A stretch of 64,000 bases of DNA from Eledone cirrhosa (taxonomy: Eukaryota): assembly GCA_964016885.1 (NCBI GenBank), contig OZ024764.1, forward strand, positions 21,700,001 through 21,764,000, given 5' to 3'. A program made the translations under genes and the position numbers. The notes under the pieces are model-generated. The model searched no databases. It was not told the origin of the DNA and saw nothing but the letters and a program-made list of their open reading frames with translations. Positions 50,481-64,000 of the stretch are shown piece by piece (positions within the stretch are counted from its first letter, which is position 1; each line of letters begins with the position of its first letter).

Positions 50481-53473
50481 TTTATCTTTCATTGTATCAT
50501 CCTTTATAGTGTTACCAAGGCATTTGTAATGTTATTTATATATTTAAAACATATTTGTTATGTTATTCTACTGTAAATTTATTTATATGCTCTGTTTATA
50601 TTTTCATTCTGAAGTAACTTATCCACTTGTGTTGATAGAAGTGATTCTATGACTTTCCTCTAAGCATTGTGTCATTATATATGTTATTATAAACGTGAAT
50701 AAATTGAATTTACAGTGTGATAATAGGCCACACCTCACACCCTAGGGGTTAACTACACACTTTGAGGCAAGCCAACACACTGGCAGCATTACAACGGGTG
50801 ATGGTGAGGCTAAGGTGCTGAAATAACCAGGTACCCTCACGGGTATCACCTAACACCTCATTAAGGTGAGGCTAAGGTGCTGAAATAACCAGGTACCCTC
50901 ACGGGTATCACCTGACACCTCAGTAAGGTGAGGCTACGGTGCTGAAATAACCAGGTACCCTCACGGAAACGACTAGATTTGTAGAAAAAGTAGGGTGAAA
51001 GTATACAAAGAGATGTAGTTTCACAGATCTACTCACACCTCACGTTGGGTGGGAATAATTATTTTTCTTAGAATTCTTGCTATACCCCTTTTCCAGTATT
51101 TTTTCTCTGGACCCCTTAGATACCTGCAATAGACGTTTTATTTCCCAGTATTAGGATTAGGGTTTCCGTTTTCAGTAAGAATAGTCGATTACAAACATCT
51201 AAGAGGTCTAGAAATAAAATTAAGGAAAGATAATTATTTCCCAGCCAACTGGAGAAGTGTGTAGCTCTTCTAAACTCCGATAATCCTGTCTCCCACTTCT
51301 TTATCTACAAATCTAGTCGTTTCCTGCTACTTTGTTCCCTGGGGTATGCCTTAGTATTTGACACCATCTATCTGTCTTACTGCCTAACTAGCAAGAAGTC
51401 AATCTGTCTCATGTGCTCACCTGATTGGTAGGTTATTAGGTGGTTGGTAGGTTTCTTGAAGTGTTGCAAATGGTTAGTTCACTTACATCACAAAATACAA
51501 GAAGCCTCACTCCTTCTTCATTTCTTGAGCCATAACCATGACCACCATGTACCCCAGTGTATCCATCCTGGAACTGTCCAACATGACCATTGAAGTCCCC
51601 TGCTATTATAACTAGGTCTCTGTCATTGTGGTTATCTCTACTTATTCCTTTTCTACATAAGGAGCAGGGCCACTTTCCTGAAGGGGTCAGGGTCTTCTCT
51701 CCTATCCATTACCACTTTAGTTTTGGCTAAGTATATTCTCAGAACTTACCATTTCAAATTCTATATCTATAGCTGGTCATCTACATAGAGAAGTTTCCAT
51801 AGACAGCCAGTCTTAAACCTCTCTGTTATGGCTTGGAGAACTATGATGAACAACAGTGGGCTAAGAACTAAACCATGATGAACTCCTACCTGTACCTTCA
51901 ATTCCTCACTAATCACACTTTACTGACAGCTTCTCACAAGCCATTCTTCTACACCTAATTTCCTTAACCCTTTAGTATATAAACTGGCCATATCTGGCAA
52001 GACTTCTCCCACATCTTTCTGTTCAAACTGGCCGTAATTGGTCACTTATACTTATGTTAAGGTATTGTTCTCAAAATAAGTAACATCAAAATCTCATAGA
52101 TTTGATATTATGTGAGATAAAGCATTTACTGTGAAAATATAATAGTAAATATAGAGTAATGTAAATACTAAAGGGTTAATCTAATGTCACTAATAACTAC
52201 TTTTATCAGTCAGTTTAATCTAATGTCACTAATAACTACTTTTATCAGTCAGTTTAATCTAATGTCACTAATAACTACTTTTATCAGTCAGTATAATCTA
52301 ATGTCACTAATAACTACTTTTATCAGTTAGTTTAATCTAATGTCACTAATAACTACTTTTATCAGTCAGTATAATCTAATGTCACTAATAACTACTTTTA
52401 TCAGTCAGTTTAATCTAATGTCACTAATAACTACTTTTATCAGTCAGTATAATCTAATGTCACTAATAACTACTTTTATCAGTCAGTATAATCTACTGCC
52501 ACTAATAACTAACCTATGTTAGGCAGCACATTCTTCACCAAGGAAGGCCTTAGTATTTATTACAGTCTATTTATCAATATAGAAATATTATATGAAATTT
52601 GTACTGATGTATTACAAGTTTCTGAGTATCTTATAATGTTCTTTTATTATTTCAGAATACCAGAGGACATTGGCATTAAAGAGCACGTTACATCAGACAT
52701 ATCCTCAACATTAACCATTTCTAATGAAAGACACTACCCATCATTTTCAAATAATTTTGAAAACACTCAACACTTTGAAGGGATTTAGTAATATAACTAA
52801 ATTTCTCAGTATTAAGCTGCTATTTGGAACATAACTTTGCACAATCTCATGAAGTTACAATGGAAAGTTTTTAGATAAATATAAAGACTGGTATGAAAAG
52901 GATAAAACACTTTTATATCAGTTGTTTCATCAACACCATTATTTAAAGACTAAAGGAAGCTGTTATACAGAACAGATACAACCTTGTTTATATAAATCTA
53001 TGGGAGAATTACTGGAAAATATTTCTTGTAAACTCAATAACACTTCTATTCTTTGCTGTCTGGAATATGTAGAAGAGACAAAATAAAGCAGAAGAAATTT
53101 ACACATGATTTTGTAAGATCTTCATATATTGACAAAGTTGATAGTAGATGGAACTACAGGAGTAGAAATATTTCCATTATTACAGGAATAACTAATCAAA
53201 TAAAAACCCGAAAAATTAGATTCTTCACTGTCTGGAATATGTACAAGATGATTTTATATGTATATTAAACTTGAAGAGATCTACAAAACAGTTTGTATCA
53301 TCTTTAAATATAAAGAAAGACCAAAGTTGATGTAAATATATCTGGAGGAATATGTTTTAGGAATAATATTATAAACATAACGAAGAAAAATATCCATATA
53401 CTGAGAGGAGAAAAATATTAAAACTGTGAATTATGTGAGAAACTGAGGTCATTGATATCTTTTAGTGGGAGTT

Positions 53474-54757
53474 ATGTCGAAAAATATAGTAAAATCACCA
53501 TTCCACTGTGATATCTGTGGTAAATCATTCTCTCGTAGTAATCAGCTAACTACTCACAAACGTATTCATACAGGAGAGAAGCCTTATAAGTGTGATATCT
53601 GGAACAAATCATTCAGTCACAGTAGTAGCATCAGAGTTCACAAACAAATTCATACAGGAGAGAAGCCATATCACTGTGACATCTGTAGTAAATCATTCTC
53701 TTGCAGATATAGCTTAACTAAACACCAACGTATTCATACAGGAGAGAAACTATATCACTGTGATATCTGTGGTAAATCATTCTCTCAGAGTATTCACCTA
53801 ACTACTCACAAACGTATTCATAAAGGAGAGAAACCATATCACTGTGATATCTGTGGTAAATCATTCTCTGACAGAAGTAGCTTTGTTAAACACCATCGTA
53901 TTCATACAGGAGAGAAGCCATATCACTGTGACATCTGTGGTAAATCATTCTCTGACAGAAGTAACTTTGTTAAACACCATCGTATTCATACAGGAGAGAA
54001 GCCATATCACTGTGATATCTGCGGTAATTCATTCTCTCAGAGTATTCACCTAACTACTCACAAAGCTATTCATACAGGAGAGAAACTATATCACTGTGAC
54101 ATCTGTGGTAAAACATTCTCTAAATATAACAACCTAACTACTCACAAACGTATTCATACAGGAGAGAACCCATATCACTGTGACATTTGTGGTAAATCAT
54201 TCTCTCATAGTGGTAACTTAACTATCCACAAACGTACTCATACAGGAGAGAAGCCATATCACTGTGACATCTGTGGTAAATCATTTGCTGACAGAAGTTG
54301 CTTAGCTACCCACAAACGTACTCATACAGGAGAGAAGCCATATCACTGTCACATCTGTGGTAAATCATTCTCTTATAGTGGTAACTTAACTGTCCACAAA
54401 CGTACTCATACAGGAGAGAAGCCATATCGCTGTGACATCTGTGGTAAATCATTCTCTCATAGTGGTAACTTAACTATCCACAAACGTACTCATACAGGAG
54501 AGAAGCCATATCACTGTCACATCTGTGGTAAATCATTCTCTTATAGTGGTAACTTAACTGTCCACAAACGTACTCATACAGGAGAGAAGCCATATCACTG
54601 TGACATCTGTGGTAAATCATTCGCTGACAGCAGTAGCTTAGCTACCCACAAACATATTCATACAGGAGAGAAGCCATGTCACTGTGACATCTGTGGTAAA
54701 TCATTCTCTCATAATGGTACCTTAACCAAGCATGTGCGTATTCATACAGAAGTTTAG
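53474..54757 (+). CDS. C2H2 zinc-finger protein, 15 fingers (finger 2 has C>W)
   Basis: 427 aa from the ATG at 53474 (the ORF track starts at an upstream GTG); same leader; ends HVRIHTEV*. Confidence 0.93.
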   Translation: MSKNIVKSPFHCDICGKSFSRSNQLTTHKRIHTGEKPYKCDIWNKSFSHSSSIRVHKQIHTGEKPYHCDICSKSFSCRYSLTKHQRIHTGEKLYHCDICGKSFSQSIHLTTHKRIHKGEKPYHCDICGKSFSDRSSFVKHHRIHTGEKPYHCDICGKSFSDRSNFVKHHRIHTGEKPYHCDICGNSFSQSIHLTTHKAIHTGEKLYHCDICGKTFSKYNNLTTHKRIHTGENPYHCDICGKSFSHSGNLTIHKRTHTGEKPYHCDICGKSFADRSCLATHKRTHTGEKPYHCHICGKSFSYSGNLTVHKRTHTGEKPYRCDICGKSFSHSGNLTIHKRTHTGEKPYHCHICGKSFSYSGNLTVHKRTHTGEKPYHCDICGKSFADSSSLATHKHIHTGEKPCHCDICGKSFSHNGTLTKHVRIHTEV

Positions 54758-55104
54758 CTGTATCAATATCAAACTCATTACATCATACAACAACAACAAC
54801 AATTGTGTAGATACATCATCCTTGCTAAAACTGGGGTCAACCTTGTAGGTTTTACCTATGACAGAGATCATAAACACCAGGTTTCCATTTTTGAAGCAGT
54901 GTTTGAAGATTTTGTGTAAATTAAAGTTTTTCACATTAAACTTTGATTTATTATACTTTAACAGGTAAGATATATATTTGTATTTTTAGTAAAGGTTGGG
55001 AACTTCTGTAATTTAAACATGCTGTCTGAAAGAAACTTCCAGATATCTTCTATGTCATAGCTATCAATCTCCTCCTTCTTATCATATGTATCATGTAGAA
55101 CATC

Positions 55105-56095
55105 TCTGAATTTATATTTAACAGGGAGATCTTTTACTGTCCTTACCCCTTTTGCTAGATTGTCTTGTACCTCTCTCACAGTCCCTCTAGATCTTATATT
55201 TAACAGGGAGATATTTTACTGTCCCTACCTCTTTCTCTAGGTTGTCTTCTACCTCTCTCACAGTCCCTCTAGATCTTATATTTAACAGGGAGATCTTTTA
55301 CTATCACTACCCTTTTCTCTAGGTTGTCTTGTACCTCTCTCACAGTCCCTCTACATCTTATATTTAACAGGGAGATCTTTTACTAGCCCTACCCTTTTCT
55401 CTAGGTTGTCTTGAGCCTCTCACAGTCCCTCTAGATCTTATATTTAACAGGGAGATCTTTTACTGTCCCTACCCTTTTCTCTAGGTTGACTTGTACCTCT
55501 CTCACAGTCCCTGTTGATCTTATATTTAACAAGATCTTTTACTGTCCCTACCCTTTTCTCTAGGTTGTCTTGTACCTCTCTCACATTCCCTCTAGATCTT
55601 ATATATAACAGGGAGATCTTTTACTGTCCCTACCCTTTTCTCTAGGTTATCTTGTACCTCTCTCACAGTCCCTCTAGATCTTATATTTAACAGGGAGATC
55701 TTTTACTGTCCCTACCCTTTTCTCTAGGTTGTCTTCTACCTCTCTCACATTCCCTCTAGATCTTATATTTAACAGGGAGATCTTTTACTGTCCCTACCTC
55801 TTTCTCTAGGTTGTCTTGTACCACCCTCACAGTCCCTCTAGATCTTATATTTAACAGGGATATCTTTTACTGTCCCTACCCTTTTCTCTAGAATGTCTCG
55901 TATCTCTCTCACAGTCCCTCTAGATCTTATATTTAAAAGGGAGATCTTTTCCTCTCCAACCCTTTTCTCTAGGTCGTCTTGTACCTCCCTCACAATCCCT
56001 GTAGATCTTATATTTAACAGGGAGATCTTCTACTCTCCAACCCTTCTATCTCCAGATTGTCTTGTATCTGTCAGTCCCTCTAGATCTTACACCTA
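55105..56095. repeat. 82-bp minisatellite (~12 copies)
   Basis: Same unit as 14495-15060. Confidence 0.92.
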
Positions 56096-57120
56096 GTATC
56101 TAGTCTATGTTGAGTGGTATGTCCTTCTCCAGTAAAGGAGTTAATATTCCCAACCATCTGTCTATCCTGTTTTCTGATGAGAATGAAGTCAATCTAGTTT
56201 ATCTCTTCACCTGATTGAAGTAACTAGATCAAGTAACTAGATGGTTTCCTGTAAGTTAGTGTTGCAGTGTTTGTGTCACCATGTAAGGTTTATATCTATT
56301 AATATAGAGATGTAGTAAAGTTTTCACTGTTGTATCTCTATTTTCTAAATATCTTAATAATGTTTCTCTACTATTTCAGAATATCACATGACCTTGACAG
56401 AAAAGAGTCTTTTAAAGACAACAGAAAGATGTTACATACAAGTGATATAACTTTGTTTAGTCTGTGGTGAATTATGGTGAAATATTTCTTCTGAATTGAG
56501 ATAAATAACAACATTTTCCTTTTTCACTGTCTGGAATATTTACAAGATGATTTTACATTCTGATTAAACTTTGGATATTTACAAAGGAGTTTTCAAAATA
56601 TTTGGATATTGACAAAGATCACATTTGGTAAAATTATGAACAATAGAAATATTTACATCAACATAGGAATATTTTCCAGAAGAGATGGGAAAATCATGAT
56701 ACCACTGTAATATTTGTGGTAAAGTATTCTCTCTTCTTTATATGTAGAACATCTAACTAAACACTTTAATTAACAAACTATTGTGCTATAGAATTGACAA
56801 ACTTGAGCAATGTTTAATAAATGTTACAGATTTCTCCAAACTGTCGTTTACTAACTTTAATTTGAAGCTATATTATCTATATACTACTAAAACTCTGTGA
56901 TTGTGTCTTGTCCGTAATTTAATACAGCTAAAACAGTGCATAATGGGGAAATACTTTGAAAAGAATAAAACAAGTTTTGTATAAAATGGAGCACAGGTTC
57001 CCAAGATACGGGGTTTTCTGGGTACCTTCATAAATATAGGGAGAGAAAGAGATAGTGGTTGTGAGAGAGTAGGAGCTGATGGTGTTGTTAAATAAAATAT
57101 ATATGTGTATATATATATAT

Positions 57121-60100
57121 ACACTCTCTCTAACATATACGTCCCTCTCTGTCTCTCACTCCCTAATATAAATAAGAATGTTACGAAGGACAGAACCTCA
57201 GAATTTGTCAACCCTTATTAAATGGTCAGTCGATTCTACGAAAATGTAATGTATTATAGAACATTTTCTTCTTGTCTCCTTAAAACCTGGTTCATTCATC
57301 CATATATATCTACAATCGTTGCTATCCTTGCCCTAAATTAATCTTCTCCACGCTTGTTCTAAATAATCTCTCTCTTTGCTAACTACCCCATATCCCTCCC
57401 TCCCTCCCGCCCCCACTCTCCACCTTTAATATTTGGACCAATCACAAGTCAACGGCCTATGCTATCACTACTGGCTGCTTTTCGATATGATGGATGGACT
57501 AAGGAATTTCTGGAGAGTCTGAAGAATCTGGACACTCGATGACAATGCCAAAGATAACGACAAATTCACCTCATGCTGCCGGACGAAAGGGCAAGGCCCC
57601 CCCCCCTCTTTGTTTCGGCCGCGGATGGCCAACATAACCCCAAACTCATTCCCCTCACCCCTCCCCGCGCCCCATCCTCCAAACACAATCCCAAACTTCA
57701 GAGTTGGTACCATGAACGTAGGCACCTTAAAAGGCCGCTCTAACGAGGTTGTAGAAATGCCTGAACGTAAGGAGGTTGATGTTTGCTGTATCCAAGAGAC
57801 CAGGTGGAGGGGCGGGTCTGCTAGATTCATTGTGGGTAAAAAACGTTGCTATAAGCTTTTCTGGGTGGGGAATGACAATGGGATAGGTGGGGTAGGAATC
57901 ATGTTAGCAGAAAAATGGGTGGATAAGATAATAGACGTAAATAGAGTGAATGACAGAATAATTAAAATAAGACTTGTTCGAAACAGAACTTCTGTGACAG
58001 TAATATCTGCATACGCGCCCCAATCCGGACTGCCTGGCGCTATAAAAGACAGATTCTATGAGACACTGATGTCCACTACCTCCCAAATAACCGACAGTGA
58101 CTATATAATTATTGCTGGCAACCTAAATGGCCACGTTGGACAACATTGTGACGGCTATGACGGAATCCACGGAGGCTATGGGTTTGGTACTAGAAACGAG
58201 GAAGGCTCCAGAATCCTGGAATTCTGTGATGCAAATAACCTAACTATCTGTAACACTAACTTCAAAAAACGAGACAATCACTTGATCACCTACAGATCAG
58301 GGGAACATACCAGCCAGGTAGATTATATCCTTACCAGAAGACGTGACAGAGTGTCTGTTGTAAACACTAAATGCCTCCCCCATGAAGAATGCACCTCCCA
58401 ACATAGACTGATAATTAGCGACCTCATAGTCAGGACGAGACTACTAGACAGCGGAAGAGGACTATCCTCAGGAGAAAAATATGGAAGCTATAGGATCCCA
58501 CAGCCAGAAATAAATTTCAAAGCATATTACTTGATGCTTTCGACAGTAAGGAAGAGCAATTAGAGTCGTACAAGGTAGAGGAACAGTGGGAATTCCTGAA
58601 AGCAAACCTGCTGATGGCGGCAGACGAAGTCTGTGGCTGGAGCAGGCCTGTAGGCAGGAGGAGAGTAACATGGTGGTGGAACAGTAAGGTGGAGGGGTCA
58701 ATCAAAGCCAAAAAGCAGGCTTGGAAAGCATGGCGGGATGGGGGAAGTAGAGAAGACTATCAAGTGGCCAGGAGGGAAGCTAGGAGACAAGTGTACTTCG
58801 CAAGAAGGGAAGCAGAGGAAAGAAAGTTCAAGCATGTTCTACAACGCGAGGACCAAAAACGTGAGGTGTTCAGGATTGCTAGGCAATGTGTCAAGAAAAA
58901 CCGTGATATTGGTCGGGGAGAAGTGTGTACTTAACGATGATGGCGTACTTGCCATCACTGACGCTGATAAGAAGGTAGCTTGGAAGTGTCACTACGAAAG
59001 GCTACTAAATGAGGAGAATAAATGGGAGAAAGACAGTCTCCCCCACATCGACCCAATAGAGGGACCAGCAGTGTTAGTCGAAGGTAGTATAATAAGTAAG
59101 GCAATCAAAGATATGAAGACGGGTAAGGCGGCTGGGCCTTCGGAAATAGTTGCTGAGAAGCTGAAAGCCTCTGGTACGGTGGGACACACCATGGTCACCC
59201 AGATAGTAAACCAAGTCATACAGAATGGGGTTGTTCCGAAGGACTGGCATAGCAGCATCATCGTTAACTGTTACAAGGGTAAAGGAGACGCCCTAGATAG
59301 GAGTAACTATAGAGGCATTAAATTAATCGACCAGGTCATGAAGGTCACGGAAAAAGTAATAGCGCAACTAATCAGAGAGAATTGATCTAGATGAAATGCA
59401 GTTTGGGTTTGTGTCAGGCAAAGGTACCACAGACGCTCTTTTCATTGTACGACAACTACAGGAGAAGTACCTAGCTAAAAGTAAACCCCTATACTTAGCT
59501 TTTGTCGACTTGGAGAAAGCCTTCGACAGAGTCCCCCGTTCCATTATCTGGTGGGCTCTTAGAAAACTAGGTGTTGACGAATGGCTTGTGAGAGCTATAC
59601 AAGCCATGTATAAAGAAACAGTCAGCAAGGTTAGAATTAACAACGAATATAGTGAAGAGTTTAGCGTAAAAGTTGGTGTCCATCAGGGCTCTGTTCTTAG
59701 CCCCCTACTATTTATTATTGCCTTCAGGCTATAACAGAGGAGTTCAAGACCGGCTGCCCATGGGAACTCCTATACGCAGATGATCTAACGCTCATAGCTG
59801 AATCAATGCCCGAGCTAGAGAAGAAATTCCAAACATGGAAGCACGGCCTAGAATCAAAAGGCCTTAAAATTAACCTGGCTAAGACTAAAGTTCTAGTTTG
59901 TAGGAAAGAAAATAAGGCGCCGGTCCCTTCCGGGAAATGGCCATGCTCAGTGTGTAGGAAAGGCGTAGGTAGAAACTCCATTTTATGTCCCAAATGCAAA
60001 GTATGGGTGCATAAAAGATGTTGTGGGATCACAGGTAAGCTAACTAAGAACACAGATTTTACATGTGGCCGGTGCTCTGGTGCAATAATTAGCAGCAAGT

Positions 60101-61110
60101 GCCCACAAAATACTAGCTCTTTCAATTGCGCAGAGGGTTCTATAGAAATAGTGGACAGCTTCCGTTACCTGGGTGACAAGATCAGCAGTGGGGGAGGGTG
60201 CTCTGAAAGTACAGTAGCTAGAGTCAGAACTGGATGGAAAAAGTTCAGAGAGCTTATACCACTATTAGCCGCTAAAGGGTTCTCCCTAAAAATGAAAGGC
60301 AGGTTGTATGATGCCTGCATACGAACAGCAATGTTGCATGGCAGTGAGACCTGGGCATTGTGTGCAGAGGATATACGCAGACTAGAGAGGAACGAAGCTT
60401 GCATGCTCCGCTGGATGTGTAATAGTAATATACGTGAACAGCAAAGCATAAATGAACTAAGGAAAAAATTAGAAATAAGAGGGATCAGATGTTGTTTACT
60501 CGAGAGAAGACTACGTTGGTATGGTCACGTGATGCGCATGAAAGACGACAGCTGTATAACAAAGTGCAGGGCAATAAAGATAGATGGTAGCCACGGAGTA
60601 GGCAGACCCAGAAAAACCTGGGACGAGCTGATAAATTCCGACCTCACACACTTACACCTCTCCAAGCCAATGTCACTGGACCGAGACCTTTGGCGGTACT
60701 CAGTAACAGAGAAGACCCGCCTTACCTAAATACAAAGTAAAACCTACTACAGTCAGTAGGCATCTCTAACAAAATACACCCCCATCCCACCACCCCCACC
60801 CCATCCACACCGCCCCTTTCAATGTAAAGTTATGTTGGTACCACAGCATCCAGGCCGAAACAAATGAGGTCGTGTAGGTGTCACGACAAAAAACACAGTC
60901 CACGCTGTAATGTGGCCGTGTAGGCAACACGGTAAAAACCTCCCAGTCCCACACTGTAAATGTGATTGGTGTTAGGAAGGGCATCCAGCTGTAGAAAACC
61001 CGCCAGACAGTCTTATGCGAGCAAGACAACCACTCTTGCCTCAAGTGGGAAAACTCCCGTCCAAACCCATGCAGGCTTGGAACATGGACATTAAACGATG
61101 ATGATGATGA
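57121..61110 (+). mobile_element. RTE-clade LINE, near full-length (APE plus RT with a PHD-like Cys/His insert), a few frameshifts and stops; present only in unit 4
   Basis: APE motifs GTMNVGTL, CIQETRW, SAYAPQ, AGNLNGHVG and SQHRL. RT motifs NYRGIKL, FVDLEKAFDRVP, GVHQGSVLSPLLF and YADD (59773). RTE C-terminus LRWYGHVMRM..GRPRKTW. (GAT)n tail at 61097-61110; inserted in (TA)n. Confidence 0.95.
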
Positions 61111-61494
61111 TATATATATATATATATACGTATGTGCATATATACGTATCTGTATATATCTATACGTATGAAGCATATAGACAATATGCCCCCACACCTC
61201 ACACTGCAAGGTGGTCGTGGAGGCGCCACGGCAAAAAAGCACCCAGCCCACACTGTAAAGTGGACGTGTAGGCGCCACGAAAAAGCACCCAGCACTCACT
61301 GTAAATGAGGTTGGTGTTAGGAAGGGCATCCAGCTGTAGAAATCGAGCCAAATCAGTTCCTGTATGAGCAAGGCATGGTCAGCTGACCAGACACTGCCCA
61401 CAACAGGACAACTCGTCTAACCCATACTAGCATGGAAGAACGGACGTATAACGGTGATGACGATGATGATATATATATATACGTATGTGCATAT

Positions 61495-61552
61495 CTTTAC
61501 TTGCTAACATTGTTTCATCCACACTATAAGTGGGACTCATCAGAGCATAAAG
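61495..61552 (-). ncRNA. Minimal type I hammerhead ribozyme motif (inverted identical copy)
   Basis: Exact reverse complement of 63108-63165. Confidence 0.72.
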
Positions 61553-63107
61553 GTTAATTACATACCATACAAGCAATAACAAATCCAAGACATTGAAGAA
61601 TGAAAGGTAATAATAGACGATAGAGGATGAGAATAAAAAATAAATAAAAATAAAAGTAAAAATAAAAATAAGGGGTGCTATCTGTCACAGTTGGGCGGTG
61701 TGCTGTCAACATATAGTTACATACAAGCATACACATGGATAAGAGAACAGACAAGAGTAGACACATGGATAAGAGAACAGACAAGAGTAGATACGATAAT
61801 GGGATTAGGTAAGAGTAGGTAAAAAATAGGTAAAAAACAGACTTATAATATATATAAAAAGAAATACAAAGAAATACATAACAAACTTACATATAAAATA
61901 TAAAATATAGGGTAAGGAATGAGATAAAATAATATACAATTAAAAATTAAAAATTATATACATAGAACATAATATAGTATAATCGTAAAATAAGATAAAA
62001 TAAGGTAAACTAAAATCAAATAACATAGACTAAATTAAAATTAAAATCAAATGTGTAATTATAATTATATGTATAATTAAATGTAATTAAATAAATAAAT
62101 AAAAATTAAAAATTAAATAAATAAATAAAATTTAAATTTAAATTTTAAAATTTTAAAATTAAAATCTAAATTTAAATATAAATAAATAAATAAATAAATA
62201 AATAAATGGAGTCAAGTAAGTAAATAAATAAAATTAGATAACATGAAATGAAATAAAATAAAATGAAATAAAGTAAATTGAGATAAGATATATATTTTTT
62301 TAGAATATATCTCTTGAATATATCAGGGGCCCACGAAGGCACTAAATGTCACAGTTATGTGTATCACTTGACCAATTTTTCAAAATACATTTCTTGAAAA
62401 CATCAGGGGCCCACGAAGGCACTAAGTGTCACAGTCACCAGTATCACTTGACCATTGCAAGGCAATGGAGGCGTCCCAGGTTGGGCAGTCTCGAAAGTTC
62501 ACTCGAAAGTCATGGGTGTGCCTTCACACAGTTGAGCGGTGGGGTAATCACAAACCGGTTCACACACCAATTTTTTAAAAATATATTTCTTGAAAACATC
62601 AGGGGCCCACGAAGGCGCTAAGTGTCACAGTCACCAGTATCACTCGAGCGGTGGGGTAATCACAAACCGGTTCAACACGGGCAGGAGTCAAATGGTCAGA
62701 AAGGTGCATCAAAGGAGGTAGAAAAATTCACATGCAAGCGTTAGGTTAAAACAAGCAGATACAGTTGTAGCGCATACAAAATACAAAATATAAAAGCCAT
62801 TAAGTCACCGCATTGGGACATCAATATGTTCAGTACGTATATGCACGTACACACATCACATGCACATGCAGAGACGGTATACATATATATATATATATAT
62901 TTTTTTATATATACACACAGACACATATAACCACCTACACCCATACACATATAAATGTATACACGGGCACACACGCACACACACACAGCGTAGGACACCC
63001 GGGTCAAAGCCGATATTAAATACGATATTAAATACAATATCGTCTATTATTACCTTTCATTCTTCAATGTCTTGGATTTGTTATTGCTTGTATGGTATGT
63101 AATTAAC

Positions 63108-63165
63108 CTTTATGCTCTGATGAGTCCCACTTATAGTGTGGATGAAACAATGTTAGCAAGTAAAG
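63108..63165 (+). ncRNA. Minimal type I hammerhead ribozyme motif
   Basis: Stem I CUUUA-UGCU / AGCA-(AG)-UAAAG; core CUGAUGA (63117-63123); stem II GUCC-CAC-uuaua-GUG-u-GGAU; GAAA (63144-63147); very short stem III C-AAU-G; predicted cleavage triplet GUU (63152-63154). Confidence 0.72.
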
Positions 63166-64000
63166 ATATGCATATGCTATAAGCGTTCTTTGTTATTTAT
63201 TTATTATATTACGGCTCTGTCCTCAGACATTGAGCTAACCTCATACTGCCTGCTGGATAAGTGGAGTGTTATACACCCCTGATCCTTTCCCTAGCATACT
63301 ATATACGTATGTGTATATTTTAACTATTTATAAATTATTTTAAATGACTTTTAAAAAATAGTGTTAAAGGAACGTGACCCAACAGGTCCCGGGTGGTCTA
63401 GTTTGTTACCAAATACTAGATATTAGAGGGTCATGTTGTTCTAGATGTGCTGGAAGAGCCATTCCATCTTGTGAGGTTCACACCAGCAGCTAGCCACCTC
63501 AGCACCTATGGTGGTATATTTATTATATTATTTATTCTTTATCATTAACATTAATATAAAAGATAATTATATATTTTTAGAGAAGAACCTCTATTTTCAT
63601 ATAGCTTAGGGCTTCAGTAGGTAAAAGTCTGGCCCTGCTTGTCTTGTATTTTTTAGGGGAGAAGTTAGGGAATACTGTTATTGTGTGAAAGTTTTCTAAA
63701 TCTTCTTCAACCACTAACATGGAGAAGATATTTCAGTAAGAAGGTTCACATCCTGACATCTATAGCTGTTAACAATGAGATTGGAATTCATTATTAAACA
63801 AATGTTATATCATCATCACTGTTTAACAACAGTTTTTTCACGCTGGCATGGGTTAGACGAGTTATCCTGTTGTAAGCATTGCCAGGTCAGGTGATCACGT
63901 GTTGCTCCTACAGAACAAATTTTGGATTGGTTTCTGCAGCTGGATGCCCTTCCTAGCACCAACCTTATTTACATTGAGTACTGGGTGCATTTTACAATCT

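Larger units (their letters stand above)
61490..63299. mobile_element. 1.8-kb non-coding element with 135-bp perfect inverted repeats, probably a non-autonomous Penelope-like element
   Basis: IR 61488-61622 is the reverse complement of 63038-63172. A 14-bp direct repeat tatatacgtatgtg at 61476-61489 and 63300-63313 flanks it. The empty site is at ~16460-16490. Confidence 0.8.

Noticed and set aside
57430-57640. HDV-like ribozyme in the RTE 5' UTR
   Set aside because: Such ribozymes occur in some RTEs, but I could not build the nested double pseudoknot by eye. An RNAMotif or Infernal search is needed.

Overview
AT-rich animal DNA, most likely an octopus or other coleoid cephalopod. This is inferred from the [16 protein letters not shown] zinc-finger signature and the repeat families, not from a database match. 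The window is a tandem array of four paralogous segmental units: about 1-19.4k, 19.5-33.7k, 33.8-40.3k (internally deleted) and 44.1-64k. Each unit is built around a C2H2 zinc-finger gene with one coding exon and no effector domain (18, 10 and 15 fingers, plus an ATG-less 6-finger fragment). The units were duplicated together with a shared load of decayed transposons: Tigger/pogo, a tRNA-derived SINE, CRE-clade retroelements, RTE relics, a piggyBac-type MITE and a foldback MITE. Unit-specific insertions are a CR1-group LINE, a complete hAT element with an 8-bp TSD, a near full-length RTE LINE, and a 1.8-kb non-coding element with 135-bp perfect inverted repeats that each carry a minimal hammerhead-ribozyme motif (Penelope-like). 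Main highlights: (1) the double-hammerhead element; (2) finger arrays that differ strongly between otherwise very similar paralogs; (3) several minisatellites traceable to retrotransposon sequence; (4) microhomology deletions that remove a stop codon, a polyA signal, a candidate promoter or an RT domain. All alignments were done by eye, so unit and relic boundaries are approximate.
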